A stretch of DNA of 64,000 nucleotides from a bacterium (GTDB taxonomy: Bacteria > Zhuqueibacterota > Zhuqueibacteria > Residuimicrobiales > Krinioviventaceae): positions 3,168,001 through 3,232,000 of the forward strand of contig OY843751.1 of NCBI GenBank assembly GCA_963693055.1. Direction: 5' to 3'. The position numbers and the translations under genes were made by a program. Shown piece after piece: positions 28,854 through 39,283 of this stretch. Each line of letters begins with the position of its first letter. The stretch's first letter is position 1. A model generated the notes under the pieces. The model was not told the origin of the DNA. It did not search any database and saw nothing but the letters and a program-made list of their open reading frames with translations.

Positions 28854-31397
28854 TTATTCCTGCAATATTTTTGTATTAACAACCTTTGTGTCAACTTCAC
28901 GCGCAAGAGTAGTCAATTCAGATGTATCAAGAATCAACCCAACTTGTCCATCACCTAAAATTGCACCTCCTGAAATTCCTTTACTTCCGCCCATTTCTTC
29001 ACCCAAAGACTTTGTAACTACCTGCTGTTGACCCAATAGTTGATCAACCAACAAGGCACAACGTCTATCACCATCACCAACAATAACCAACAAGCCTTCT
29101 GTTGGATCGTGTATAGCATCAGGTATATCAAACAAATTATATAATCGGAAAATAGGAATAAGTTCATCCTGGAACATTACCATTTCCCCTTTTTCCGCAA
29201 CTGTAAAAATAGCATCTTTTGCGGGTCTAAAACTCATATGAATATTAATTATAGGCACAATATATCTTTCAACACCAATCTTTACAAGCATGCCGTCAAT
29301 TATTGCAATGGTTAATGGGAATATCATTGTAAATGTTGTGCTTTTTCCCTGAATGGTATCAATGTCAATTCTTCCACGTAATTCTTCAATATTCTTTTTT
29401 ACGACATCAAGGCCTACACCCCGACCAGAAACATTAGTAATCTTTTCTGCAGTAGAAAAACCAGGTGCAAATATCAGGTTATAAACATCGCTTTCAGTCA
29501 AGTTTTTATCATTTTCAATAATACCTTTTTCAATAGCTTTGTTTAAAATTTTAACGCGATCAAGACCTCGGCCATCATCCTGGATCCTGATCATAACATT
29601 ACCACCTGAATGGAATGCAGACATAACAAGCGTACCCACACGAGATTTTCCCAGGTTTTCTCTTTCATCTGCATGTTCAATACCATGATCAACAGCGTTT
29701 CTGATCATATGAACCAACGGATCTTTGATCAGCTCAACCATTTTACGATCAATTTCTGTATCTTCTCCCTGTATTACAAGATTAACTTTTTTCCCGGTTT
29801 TTGTAGCAGTATCTCTTACAAGACGAGACATTTTTTGAAATGTACCAGCCAGAGGAATCATACGCATAGACATACTAAGATCTTGAAGGTCTCTTACAAT
29901 TTTTCCAGCATGAATGACTTTGCGTGTAAATTCGGCTTGCTTTTCGTCTATAACAATTTCATCTTGTGAAATCATGGAATGTGCAATGACCAATTCTCCA
30001 ATCATTTCAATCAAACCATCCAACCGCTCAGTTCGCACCCGAACAAAATTATCTTTGGCTGTTGAAGTTGAAGCCGTATCTTGAATTGGGGTTGGCAATT
30101 CAACTTTGGGTGGAGCTCCATTACTCTTTGGTGTTGCCGCAACTGGTGCAGCAGCGTTTGGAGTTGCCTGAACTTTTTCCGGACCGGCTGAAGGTGACGC
30201 AGCTTCAACTTTGGGTTGTGGCTGAGCAGCAGGCGCTTCTTCACTATCAGATGCCTTAGCATTCGCCAATTCATCTAAAAGCTCATCATACCCCTGAGGC
30301 TTGACTAGTGGATTACCATCAAGGGCCATCTCAACCGATTGTACCAATATTTTAACCATATCTATACCACGTAAAGAAAGGTCTGCATTAGCACCGGTAC
30401 AGGCAATTTCTCCATCACGAATTCTGCTAAAAAAAGATTCCGCAACATGTGCAAAATGTGATGAAAGTTCAAGCTGCAAAAATCCTGAAGTGCCTTTGAT
30501 TGTATGAAAAGCCCGAAACACAATATTTATGGCTTCAGAATCATGCGGATTATTTTCAAGCTGCAACAATGCGGATTCAGCATCTTCAAGATATTCATTT
30601 GATTCAGCAATGAATTCATTTATAATATCGCTATCAAAATCACTTGGTAATTCATATACTTGTTGTGTAACCATTTCTTGCTCGGTAGATTGTTCTTTTT
30701 GTGATGTTTTCTTTTTCTTTGTTGGCTGTACTTCTTCCAATACTTCAAGTGTATTACCTAGCAAATCATTTATTTCTATCAATTCTTCATCAGTTGTTTC
30801 ATGCTTTCCATCAAGCATTAAATCTAATTTTCCCAGTACAGCATTAATATCTATTGTTACCTGTTCAGGAACAGAAGAATCTTCTTTTACTTTGACCAAC
30901 GATTCATGAATATTTTCAAACTCTTTACGATCATTGGGTCCTAGTTGCATTAGTAATGCTGCAACATCATTCAAAATCATTTCTGAAGTTTGATTGCTGA
31001 GTAACTTTTCAGTTTCAGATAAATAAGGTGAATGCTCAGGATTACGGCCTAAGACAATCCATAATTCATGACCTGATTGAAAGATAGAATTTTTAATTTT
31101 TTCTTCATCATCCGAATCCAAAGCCTTAGCAATTGCGTGTATTGAAGAACCTGCTTTCGTTTTAAATGCATCAGGATCTTTATGCTCATTATTATATAAA
31201 TCTTGCAACCCTTCAAGACACATGAGAAAAATTGCAATCAATTCAACAAAATCATCAGGAATTTGAGATTTTATTGTTTCAAGCTCCATTCCAACAGTAA
31301 CAATATCCTGCTGGTTTCCTGGATCAATACTTTCAAGTTGATCAGCATATTTGGAAATATCACTAACTAATTTTTCATCAAGCCGTACAATATCCAA
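28854..31397 (-). CDS. cheA: Chemotaxis histidine kinase CheA
   Basis: FRAFHTIKG (Hpt), [34 protein letters not shown]-terminal CheW domain. Confidence 0.97.
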   Translation of the reverse strand: MDIVRLDEKLVSDISKYADQLESIDPGNQQDIVTVGMELETIKSQIPDDFVELIAIFLMCLEGLQDLYNNEHKDPDAFKTKAGSSIHAIAKALDSDDEEKIKNSIFQSGHELWIVLGRNPEHSPYLSETEKLLSNQTSEMILNDVAALLMQLGPNDRKEFENIHESLVKVKEDSSVPEQVTIDINAVLGKLDLMLDGKHETTDEELIEINDLLGNTLEVLEEVQPTKKKKTSQKEQSTEQEMVTQQVYELPSDFDSDIINEFIAESNEYLEDAESALLQLENNPHDSEAINIVFRAFHTIKGTSGFLQLELSSHFAHVAESFFSRIRDGEIACTGANADLSLRGIDMVKILVQSVEMALDGNPLVKPQGYDELLDELANAKASDSEEAPAAQPQPKVEAASPSAGPEKVQATPNAAAPVAATPKSNGAPPKVELPTPIQDTASTSTAKDNFVRVRTERLDGLIEMIGELVIAHSMISQDEIVIDEKQAEFTRKVIHAGKIVRDLQDLSMSMRMIPLAGTFQKMSRLVRDTATKTGKKVNLVIQGEDTEIDRKMVELIKDPLVHMIRNAVDHGIEHADERENLGKSRVGTLVMSAFHSGGNVMIRIQDDGRGLDRVKILNKAIEKGIIENDKNLTESDVYNLIFAPGFSTAEKITNVSGRGVGLDVVKKNIEELRGRIDIDTIQGKSTTFTMIFPLTIAIIDGMLVKIGVERYIVPIINIHMSFRPAKDAIFTVAEKGEMVMFQDELIPIFRLYNLFDIPDAIHDPTEGLLVIVGDGDRRCALLVDQLLGQQQVVTKSLGEEMGGSKGISGGAILGDGQVGLILDTSELTTLAREVDTKVVNTKILQE

Positions 31398-31406
31398 AAT
31401 AAACTC

Positions 31407-31913
31407 CTATTTTCTTTTACCATGAAACTTGCCAGAGGTCAGGTTCAATGCAAACCCACCCAGGCTGGATTCATAGTGTAATTGTATACGTGGTAAACGG
31501 TCAGGAACATGTACTTCCATTTGACTGCCGCGTGCAACAGTAGGCAAAGACATATCTACAGAAGCACCAATTGCATCCAGTTGAGCTACAATATCACCAG
31601 CTAACACATTAATTAATTCACCGGTAACATCATCCATATCGACAGAATCATAATCTATATCAAAGCCTGCAAATCTTTTTGCAAAATTGATAGCAGTATC
31701 TTTGGGCATTCCAAGTGAAACAGACCATGACAGGTCACCAATCAATGAAATAATACCTACAATACCCTCAGACATCCACAAGCCATCACCTTGTTTTTCA
31801 CCGGCAAACTTTAATGAGCCATCGTCAATAAAGAAAAAAGAAATATCGATTGATTTTTTCAAACATTCGATATGCACAGCAGAAAAATCTTCAGAGTTAT
31901 AATTATCAGACAT
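31407..31913 (-). CDS. cheX: CheX-family phosphatase
   Basis: GIISLIGD, DVTGELINVLAG, MSLPTVARG. Confidence 0.85.
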   Translation of the reverse strand: MSDNYNSEDFSAVHIECLKKSIDISFFFIDDGSLKFAGEKQGDGLWMSEGIVGIISLIGDLSWSVSLGMPKDTAINFAKRFAGFDIDYDSVDMDDVTGELINVLAGDIVAQLDAIGASVDMSLPTVARGSQMEVHVPDRLPRIQLHYESSLGGFALNLTSGKFHGKRK

Positions 31914-31946
31914 TTTTATCCTCTTTACTTATTTTTTTCAATTCAA

Positions 31947-32372
31947 CTAACCCAAGTTATGAAAAAAGCCTGCTGCTTTGCTGCCTTTATTCAATTTATC
32001 AACAATAGGTACTAATTTTTTACGTAATTCAAGTGTGGTAAAGGGTTTACATATATAACTGTTTGCACCTGCATCAGAAGCATCAGTCATTTTCCCCATT
32101 GTCTTTTCACTGGTGATCATAATAAATGGGATGGATTCAGTACCACCTTTTTCTCTCGCCCTGTTTACAAACTCAATTCCATCCATATTGGGCATATGGA
32201 TATCTACAAAAGCAATATCAAACTTTTTGGGACTAAACTTTCTTAAAGCATCTTTACCATCTGAAGCTTCAGTGAAGATAAATTCAGCAAGCCCAGTTCG
32301 TTTCAGATTTTCCATCACCATATTTCTCATTACTCGTGAGTCATCAACCACCAGAGCTCTTAGTTTAAGCAT
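31947..32372 (-). CDS. cheY: Chemotaxis response regulator CheY
   Basis: ALVVDDS, FVDIHMPNMDG, MITSE, YICKPF; short C-terminal extension. Confidence 0.92.
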   Translation of the reverse strand: MLKLRALVVDDSRVMRNMVMENLKRTGLAEFIFTEASDGKDALRKFSPKKFDIAFVDIHMPNMDGIEFVNRAREKGGTESIPFIMITSEKTMGKMTDASDAGANSYICKPFTTLELRKKLVPIVDKLNKGSKAAGFFHNLG

Positions 32373-32408
32373 ATTAAAAGTCTCCTATATTTATTTTTAT
32401 TTTTTATT

Positions 32409-32738
32409 TTATACAGAAAAATCCACCTTATTGCCAACATCTAAATCATCCGGTTTTCTATTTTGACTTTGCAAAGATTGTTCCTTTTCATCGTTTTCAC
32501 TGAAATCTTTTTCTTCTGAATCATCATTTTTTTTACTTTTTTCGTAATGATCCTGAAATTTTTTATCTTTGTTTCTTTTTAAAATTTGTTTCTTCTGATC
32601 AGGACCCTTGTTGGTAAATTCCAAGGAAGAATGGTCCGCAGAATTATCAGCCACATTGGTTTTAGGTGCTTCTACTACCTTTTCCAGATGTGAAACATGT
32701 ATATTGATATTTTGAGGTATGTCCACAGGTGTTGACAT
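32409..32738 (-). CDS. Hypothetical charged, disordered protein downstream of fliA
   Basis: Fills the gap with AAGGTG SD; K/D/E rich; ends VGNKVDFSV. Confidence 0.7.
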   Translation of the reverse strand: MSTPVDIPQNINIHVSHLEKVVEAPKTNVADNSADHSSLEFTNKGPDQKKQILKRNKDKKFQDHYEKSKKNDDSEEKDFSENDEKEQSLQSQNRKPDDLDVGNKVDFSV

Positions 32739-32765
32739 ACAGTCACCTTTAAATCAATTAAAACG

Positions 32766-33542
32766 TTATACATGATGTAAATCACGCTTTATTATCTTTG
32801 TTTTTAAAAGCAATAAAGATTGTGCGTGAATTTGACAAACACGAGACTCTGTAACATCAAGAACAGATGCAATATCAGCCAAATTCAAACCTTCATAATA
32901 ATAAAGTGTTAAAACCAGTCTTTCCTTAGTGGGCAGATCCTTTAAAATACCTTTTATCTGCTTTTCCAGTTCTTCAGTAGATTGGCGCCAATAATCATCA
33001 TCCTGATGATTTTCAACAAAGTTGTCAAGACTGGCGTTACCCTCTTCATGCTGAAAAACAATATCTTGCAAAGAAACAAATCTGTCGGTATATACAGATT
33101 CTAAAATTTTTCGATACTCATCAACAGATATATCAAGCTTTTCTGCAACTTCATCTTCAGTTGGGTTTCGGACCAATTTATTCTGAAGCTCAGCAATTGC
33201 TTTATATACTGATTTTACATTACTGCGAACCTTGCGGGGCGCCCAGTCAATTTCTCTCAATACATCAAGTATTGCACCTCGTATCCTGAATGTAGCAAAT
33301 GTAGTAAATTTAATATTTCGATCAGGATCAAAACGATCAATCGCTTCAATAAGTCCTATAGTGCCAGCGCTTACCAGATCTTCCCAATCGATAACACCGG
33401 AATTATATGACTGAAATCCTTTTGCTACATACCCTACAAGATGTTGGTAATGATAAACCAACTTGTCCCGTAATGAACGGTTTTTTGTTTCAACATATTC
33501 TTGCCATAAATTATTTAAATTTTCTTCTGACATTACATTCAA
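32766..33542 (-). CDS. fliA: Flagellar sigma factor FliA (sigma28)
   Basis: DLVSAGTIGLIEAIDRFD, RIRGAILD.LR..DW.PR, LYYYE.L....IA.VL.VTESRVCQIH. Confidence 0.97.
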   Translation of the reverse strand: MNVMSEENLNNLWQEYVETKNRSLRDKLVYHYQHLVGYVAKGFQSYNSGVIDWEDLVSAGTIGLIEAIDRFDPDRNIKFTTFATFRIRGAILDVLREIDWAPRKVRSNVKSVYKAIAELQNKLVRNPTEDEVAEKLDISVDEYRKILESVYTDRFVSLQDIVFQHEEGNASLDNFVENHQDDDYWRQSTEELEKQIKGILKDLPTKERLVLTLYYYEGLNLADIASVLDVTESRVCQIHAQSLLLLKTKIIKRDLHHV

Positions 33543-33566
33543 ATCCGGTTTTCAAGCATCCCGTAA

Positions 33567-33833
33567 TTATACATTCATTGCAGCCTTTTCAGACTTTACA
33601 TTTTCAGTTTCCATAGATTCATAATTTTCTTCAGAATCCGGTACTTCGTCATCATCCGCAGTTTTCATGGTTACTGAAGTTAAACCCATTGCTGCATAAC
33701 CTATTAAATTTGTAGCAACAAAAATGACAACGGTCTTCCAAATGGTTGCTTCAAAATCAGCACCAGTAAACATGCAATACACTAAAATGAGTAATGCAAT
33801 CAATCCGCTTAACGATGTAATAATATCTTTCAT
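33567..33833 (-). CDS. Small two-TM membrane protein with acidic tail
   Basis: Two hydrophobic helices, GAGG SD, between flhG and fliA. Confidence 0.75.
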   Translation of the reverse strand: MKDIITSLSGLIALLILVYCMFTGADFEATIWKTVVIFVATNLIGYAAMGLTSVTMKTADDDEVPDSEENYESMETENVKSEKAAMNV

Positions 33834-33848
33834 GACTGTTCCTCAATT

Positions 33849-34664
33849 TTATACGGTTTGATTGTTTTCGACAGTATTTCCAATTAATATTTTTGCAACA
33901 TTTATCATATTTTGACTAGCAACAGAATTTTTATTTAGAAATAAAAAGGGCTCTTGTTTGATTACCGCTTGTCTGACAGCCTGGTCAAATAACAGATAAC
34001 CGGCAATACCTACACTTGTATCGAGAAAATGTTCCAAAACAAGAGACAACCTTTGGTACACATCGGTAACTTCTGAAGGTGATGTGACCATATTCAACAA
34101 GAGATCAATTGATATATTCTTTTTCATCGAATTTAAAATTTTAATCATAGCATAAGTATCATTAATAGCCGTTGGTTCCGATGTAGTTATCAAAATAACC
34201 TTGTCAGCTTTGATAGATATTTCTAAAGATATAGGCGACAATCCGCCAGCAGTATCTATAATGATATAATCATATTTATGGCGTAACTTGAAAAACAACT
34301 CGAATATTCTTGAATTTAAACTTTTATCAAGATCAAGCCAATTGCGATTACCAGAACTATTGGGAAGTATAGATATTCCACTTGAATGTTTAATGATAAT
34401 TTTCTCAACGTCAATGTCATCAAGTATATAGTTTAAAAAATTAAACTTTGGGTTCATACCTAACAAAATGTCAATATTTGCAAGATTTGTATCTGCATCT
34501 ATTACCAACACGTTTTTTCCCAGTCTGGCTAATGCAATTGCCAAGTTGACAGATACATTTGATTTTCCTACTCCACCTTTTCCACTTGTAACAGCAATAG
34601 TCTTAGCCTGAGACTTGGAACTAGAGTTGATCATTTCCTTTATATGTTTCAACTGGTCTTGCAT
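33849..34664 (-). CDS. flhG: MinD-like ATPase FlhG/FleN
   Basis: VTSGKGGVGKSN, DADTNLANID, IDTAGG, EPTAINDTYA.IK; follows flhF. Confidence 0.93.
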   Translation of the reverse strand: MQDQLKHIKEMINSSSKSQAKTIAVTSGKGGVGKSNVSVNLAIALARLGKNVLVIDADTNLANIDILLGMNPKFNFLNYILDDIDVEKIIIKHSSGISILPNSSGNRNWLDLDKSLNSRIFELFFKLRHKYDYIIIDTAGGLSPISLEISIKADKVILITTSEPTAINDTYAMIKILNSMKKNISIDLLLNMVTSPSEVTDVYQRLSLVLEHFLDTSVGIAGYLLFDQAVRQAVIKQEPFLFLNKNSVASQNMINVAKILIGNTVENNQTV

Positions 34665-34667
34665 GTT

Positions 34668-36125
34668 TTACCCTTTAAGAATCATGTGAGATAATTTACT
34701 TTCATTCGCATAATCAACATCATCAGGTATAATTGAACCATTGCCCAAATAAGAGAGGGGCTTTTGCATCAAATTTGATATACCAATTACCGTACCAATT
34801 TTTTTAATTTTATCCAGATGAGTTAAAATAATTGCATTAAAATCAGTTTTTGCGTATTGCTTTGAAATGCTCTTAAATTCATCAACAGCCATTACCATAG
34901 ACAATGTTAAATATACCTGAGATTTTTTTATTTCTTTTAAATAAGTTTTTAAAACCTCAATATCTGAAACAGCAAAATCAATCACTACCTGGTCCTTGTC
35001 AGAATGGATCTTGAGCGCATTTTTCAGGTCATCAACCCCTGATATTATTGCAATTGGGAGCTTTGTAGCCAAAGAAAGTTGATTTAAATGCTGAATTGAC
35101 TTTTCCTGCTTATCACTTACCAGTATCAGGGCAACTTTTTTATTCTCAAATAAAGCTGTTTTTAAAGCTATCTTCATACTGGTCAAAGTTTTTCCGCTTT
35201 TTTCAGGACCAATTAAGGATATAATTTGTGCCCCTTCATTTTTAGGATTATAAACTTTGATATTTTTTTTCAACTCTTCAATAATCAGAGTTTTTAGCTC
35301 TTGAATTTCCAAAGAAGAATCAAAATTCCACTTGTTATCGGTACATTTTTTCTCAACAGTGGCAACAATTTCTTCTGCAGTTGCTTTATCTACTCCCCTG
35401 TCAATCAAGCGTTTGTTGATATTTTTATAAAAAATTTTCAACGATTCATCATTCTGTATCGTTTGCGGGGCAGAATTTTGTTCCTGCTTTTGTTTTTTCA
35501 ACTCATCAGCGCGTTTTTTAAGTTCACTCAATTCCTGGCGCAATATAGATTCTTTTAAATCTACCAATTGTTTTTTAAGCGAATCCAATTGTTTTTCATG
35601 CTCAATCCATATCTTGCGCTGCTCATGTGTGGTTTTCAATTCTTCTTTTAACAATTGAGAAAATTCTTTTGCTGTTTGAGTTGCTTCTTCAATCTGCTGA
35701 ATGCGTTGTTTTTCAAGTTCTTTGATAAAAGCATCATCAACCTTTGGTTCAACTTTAACTTTTTCCGGCTCTTTTACAGATTTCACCTCAGGAGCTGGTT
35801 TTTCTTCGCTTTCCTTAACAAGACTGTTAATATCAAATGAACCCGCTCTGCTATAAGATTCGATCTCTCCAAGTGTTGGAGATGATTTCCGGGGTTTAGT
35901 TTGAGGTTTGGGTTGCAATTTTGATCGCAACTCTTGATCTTTTTGGATAACTTCATCAAGCCAGGAGTTCCCGGTCTTTTGTTGTTCCTGATCACGGGCA
36001 GCAATAACCTCAATGCCCTCTTTGGTTGTTCGGGTATTTAAAATCACTGCATCATCACCTAATTTTAGTTTAATTTTATCTAATGCTTCACGCATTGTTG
36101 CAGCTTTAATTCTCTCAACTCTCAT
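34668..36125 (-). CDS. flhF: FlhF-like SRP-family protein with degenerate GTPase motifs
   Basis: N-terminal EAL.KIK..LG.DAVIL.T; C-terminal NG domain with PLSYLGNG..IPDD; between flhA and flhG. Confidence 0.87.
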   Translation of the reverse strand: MRVERIKAATMREALDKIKLKLGDDAVILNTRTTKEGIEVIAARDQEQQKTGNSWLDEVIQKDQELRSKLQPKPQTKPRKSSPTLGEIESYSRAGSFDINSLVKESEEKPAPEVKSVKEPEKVKVEPKVDDAFIKELEKQRIQQIEEATQTAKEFSQLLKEELKTTHEQRKIWIEHEKQLDSLKKQLVDLKESILRQELSELKKRADELKKQKQEQNSAPQTIQNDESLKIFYKNINKRLIDRGVDKATAEEIVATVEKKCTDNKWNFDSSLEIQELKTLIIEELKKNIKVYNPKNEGAQIISLIGPEKSGKTLTSMKIALKTALFENKKVALILVSDKQEKSIQHLNQLSLATKLPIAIISGVDDLKNALKIHSDKDQVVIDFAVSDIEVLKTYLKEIKKSQVYLTLSMVMAVDEFKSISKQYAKTDFNAIILTHLDKIKKIGTVIGISNLMQKPLSYLGNGSIIPDDVDYANESKLSHMILKG

Positions 36126-38193
36126 TATTCAGACTCACAGTTCCTAGTGATTGAATTTCCACCTGAGCTGGTATTTCAGCAAAGGACAAAATAATTAAAG
36201 ATTTAAAAATTGGTTCTATCAAACGTCTCAAATAAGGCCTAAGGGTTGGTGACGTAATTACGATTGGCTGCTGGCCTTCATCTTCAAGCTTGTTAATGGC
36301 TCCAGATAAAACTGTCAACAAACGTTGCAAAACTTCTGTAGACAGTGCAAATCCCAATCCCTGCGTATTCATAACACCTGCTTTTTTAGCTTCCTGAATT
36401 GCATTATTTAATGTCATTTCAAGTCTTTGATCAAGTGTTAACGCACTAATTTTCCCTTCTATATCCAGATATTGCGAAACAATACTTCTTCCCAATGCCT
36501 GTCTGACATGTTCTGTCAATAAATCAAGATCTTTGACAGTAGTAATATTATCTGCAATGGTTGTAAGAATAGTTGCAAGATCACGGATAGAAACGCGTTC
36601 ACTTAGCAGGTTCTTTAATATGCGTTCAATTGAACCCATGCTAACAAGACCAGGAATCACTTCGTTAACCAGAGAGGCCTGGTCACGTTTCAAATTTTCA
36701 ATCAGTTCATGCACATCCTGTCTTGTTAAAATTAAATCAGAATGTGATTTTAATACTTCAGCAAGATGTGTGCCCAATACTGCACCCGGGGCCACCAGGG
36801 TGTAACCGGCAATTTCTGCTTTATCTTTTTCCTCTCCCCTAACCCATACTGCAGGCAAACCAAAGGCAGGTTCTTTAACTTTAACGCCACCCAGATCATC
36901 AATATCGCCACCAGGATTCAATGCAAGGTAATGACCCAGTTTAAGTGTATTGCTTGCAACTTCGTTGCCTCGAATTAATATCATGTATTCATTTGGTTTT
37001 AGCTGCATATTGTCACGAATTCGTATAGGGGGAATAACAATACCCAAATCCATTGCGCATTGCTTTCGTATTTGCGTAATACGAGCCAATAAATCGCCAT
37101 GTTGTTCAACGTCAACAAGTGGTATCAAATTATATCCAATTTCCAGTTCAACAGCATCTACATGCAAATAGTCTTGAATTTCTGCTTCTTTATCCACTTC
37201 AACAGGAGGTTCTTCTTCAACAACTTCTTCCTGTGGACGGGTTTTAATTACCCAGCCAATAGCCCCCAAACTTGCAGACATTAACGAAAATGGCAGAAAA
37301 GGCAAGCCTGGTGTAATTGCAAGAAACAACAAAACGCCTGAAGCAATAAAAGCAACACGTGGATTAATAAACAACTGAGATGAAAGATCAACACCCAAGC
37401 TTTCTTCAGAGGCTGAGCGGGTAACAATCATACCGGCTGCGGTTGAAATAATCAATGCGGGAATTTGAGAAACCAAACCATCACCAACGGTAAGCATGGT
37501 ATAAGTAGCTAGTGATTCAGTAAAACTCATATTCAGTTGAACAATACCAACAATAAATCCACCAACAATGTTTAACGCGGTAATAATAATACCCGCAATT
37601 GCATCACCTCGAACAAATTTGCTGGCACCATCCATAGCTCCATAAAAATCAGCTTCTCTTGAAATATCTTCTCTTCGTTTGCGAGCTTCAGATTCTTCAA
37701 TCATACCCGCGTTTAGATCAGCATCAATACTCATCTGCTTGCCTGGCATAGAATCAAGAGTAAATCTTGCTGCAACTTCGGCTACACGTCCCGCACCTTT
37801 GGTGATAACAATAAAATTGATCAATACAAGAATCAGAAAGATAATAAAACCAACAACATAATTCCCTTTTACAACAAAATCACCAAATGCGGTAATAATT
37901 TTACCGGCATATCCGTCACCCAAAATCAAACGAGTGGTTGCCACATTTAAAGACAATCGGAATATAGTTATGATCAATAATAAACCCGGAAAAACTGAAA
38001 ACTGTAAAGGCTTGGTGATATACATTGAAACAAGCAAAATGACAATTGCTAATGTAATATTTAAAGCAAGCATCAAATCCATTAAAACCGTGGGTATTGG
38101 CATCAACATAACAATCAGAATACCAATAACACTGATTGCCATTGCAACATCACTATTTTTTGCTAAAAATGTTAAATTAAAACCCTTGGGCAT
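36115..38193 (-). CDS. flhA: Export gate protein FlhA
   Basis: RVAEVAARFTLDSMPGKQMSIDADL, FYGAMDGASKFVRGDA. Confidence 0.99.
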   Translation of the reverse strand: MPKGFNLTFLAKNSDVAMAISVIGILIVMLMPIPTVLMDLMLALNITLAIVILLVSMYITKPLQFSVFPGLLLIITIFRLSLNVATTRLILGDGYAGKIITAFGDFVVKGNYVVGFIIFLILVLINFIVITKGAGRVAEVAARFTLDSMPGKQMSIDADLNAGMIEESEARKRREDISREADFYGAMDGASKFVRGDAIAGIIITALNIVGGFIVGIVQLNMSFTESLATYTMLTVGDGLVSQIPALIISTAAGMIVTRSASEESLGVDLSSQLFINPRVAFIASGVLLFLAITPGLPFLPFSLMSASLGAIGWVIKTRPQEEVVEEEPPVEVDKEAEIQDYLHVDAVELEIGYNLIPLVDVEQHGDLLARITQIRKQCAMDLGIVIPPIRIRDNMQLKPNEYMILIRGNEVASNTLKLGHYLALNPGGDIDDLGGVKVKEPAFGLPAVWVRGEEKDKAEIAGYTLVAPGAVLGTHLAEVLKSHSDLILTRQDVHELIENLKRDQASLVNEVIPGLVSMGSIERILKNLLSERVSIRDLATILTTIADNITTVKDLDLLTEHVRQALGRSIVSQYLDIEGKISALTLDQRLEMTLNNAIQEAKKAGVMNTQGLGFALSTEVLQRLLTVLSGAINKLEDEGQQPIVITSPTLRPYLRRLIEPIFKSLIILSFAEIPAQVEIQSLGTVSLNNES

Positions 38194-38205
38194 ATATTAC
38201 TCCGT

Positions 38206-39270
38206 TCAAGCCTTTTTCTTCATTTGATATACTTGTGCCAGGATCTCAGCAACGACCTGATACAATTCTACAGGTATTTCATGACCAACTTCTGCGGTCT
38301 TGTACAATAACCGAGCTACAATCGGTTTTTCAATTATAGGAATGTCATTTTCTTTAGCAATTTCTCTAATCTTTAATGCAATCTTGCGCATACCTTTAGC
38401 AACAACTATTGGCGCAGACATTTTATTTGAATCAAATTTAAGTGCAACAGCATAATGTGTTGGGTTGGTTATAACGACATCCGCAGTGGGCACATCACTC
38501 ATCATACGATTTCTGGCCTGTTCTCGTTGTATTGCACGTATTCTGGATTTGACAAGCGGATCACCTTCAGACTGCTTCATTTCTTCTTTAATTTCCTGCT
38601 TGGTCATTCTCAGGTTTTTCTCATATTCATATTTCTGATATGCAAAATCCAGAATGGCAAGAAGAATAAAAACCATACCCACTCTAAAAATCAATTTTAA
38701 ACTGAGACTGCCAATAAAAGCTGTAATCTGGCTGATATCCTGATTTACAAGTTTAAAAAATTCATCCATTTCGCCTTTAATTGTTATATAACCCACAATG
38801 ACGATAACTGTCATCTTTAACACATTCTTTATCAATTCAACAAATGATCTTAGAGAAAAAAGACGTTTAAAACCAGATATGGGTGAAATTTTTTCCAATT
38901 TGGGTTCAATAGATTGTGTAGAGATGGTAACTCCAGATTGAATGACATTTGCAGCAACACCCGCCACCATAATGGTTAACAAAAATGGTCCCAATATAAA
39001 AGCGAATGCTATACCAGCGTCCTGAGCCAGTTGAGGCATATTATTAACTGTCAATTCAATTGTACCAAAATCTCTAAATATACTAGAAATAAAAACTTTG
39101 ATACCATTAAACATATGCTTGCCAAAGATGACAAAACCCAAGCCCGAGATCAACAAAATCACTGCCGAGTTGACCTCGTTACTTCGGGGAATGTTACCTT
39201 TTTCTCGCGCCTCCTGCTTTTTCTTAGGAGTCGCCTGCTCTGTACGTTCCTGAAAGGATTCTTCTGGCAT
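38206..39270 (-). CDS. flhB: Export switch protein FlhB
   Basis: RTEQATPKK...AREKG, EGDP, ITNPTHYAVAL autocleavage site. Confidence 0.99.
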   Translation of the reverse strand: MPEESFQERTEQATPKKKQEAREKGNIPRSNEVNSAVILLISGLGFVIFGKHMFNGIKVFISSIFRDFGTIELTVNNMPQLAQDAGIAFAFILGPFLLTIMVAGVAANVIQSGVTISTQSIEPKLEKISPISGFKRLFSLRSFVELIKNVLKMTVIVIVGYITIKGEMDEFFKLVNQDISQITAFIGSLSLKLIFRVGMVFILLAILDFAYQKYEYEKNLRMTKQEIKEEMKQSEGDPLVKSRIRAIQREQARNRMMSDVPTADVVITNPTHYAVALKFDSNKMSAPIVVAKGMRKIALKIREIAKENDIPIIEKPIVARLLYKTAEVGHEIPVELYQVVAEILAQVYQMKKKA

Positions 39271-39283
39271 TTACAGTCTCTAC

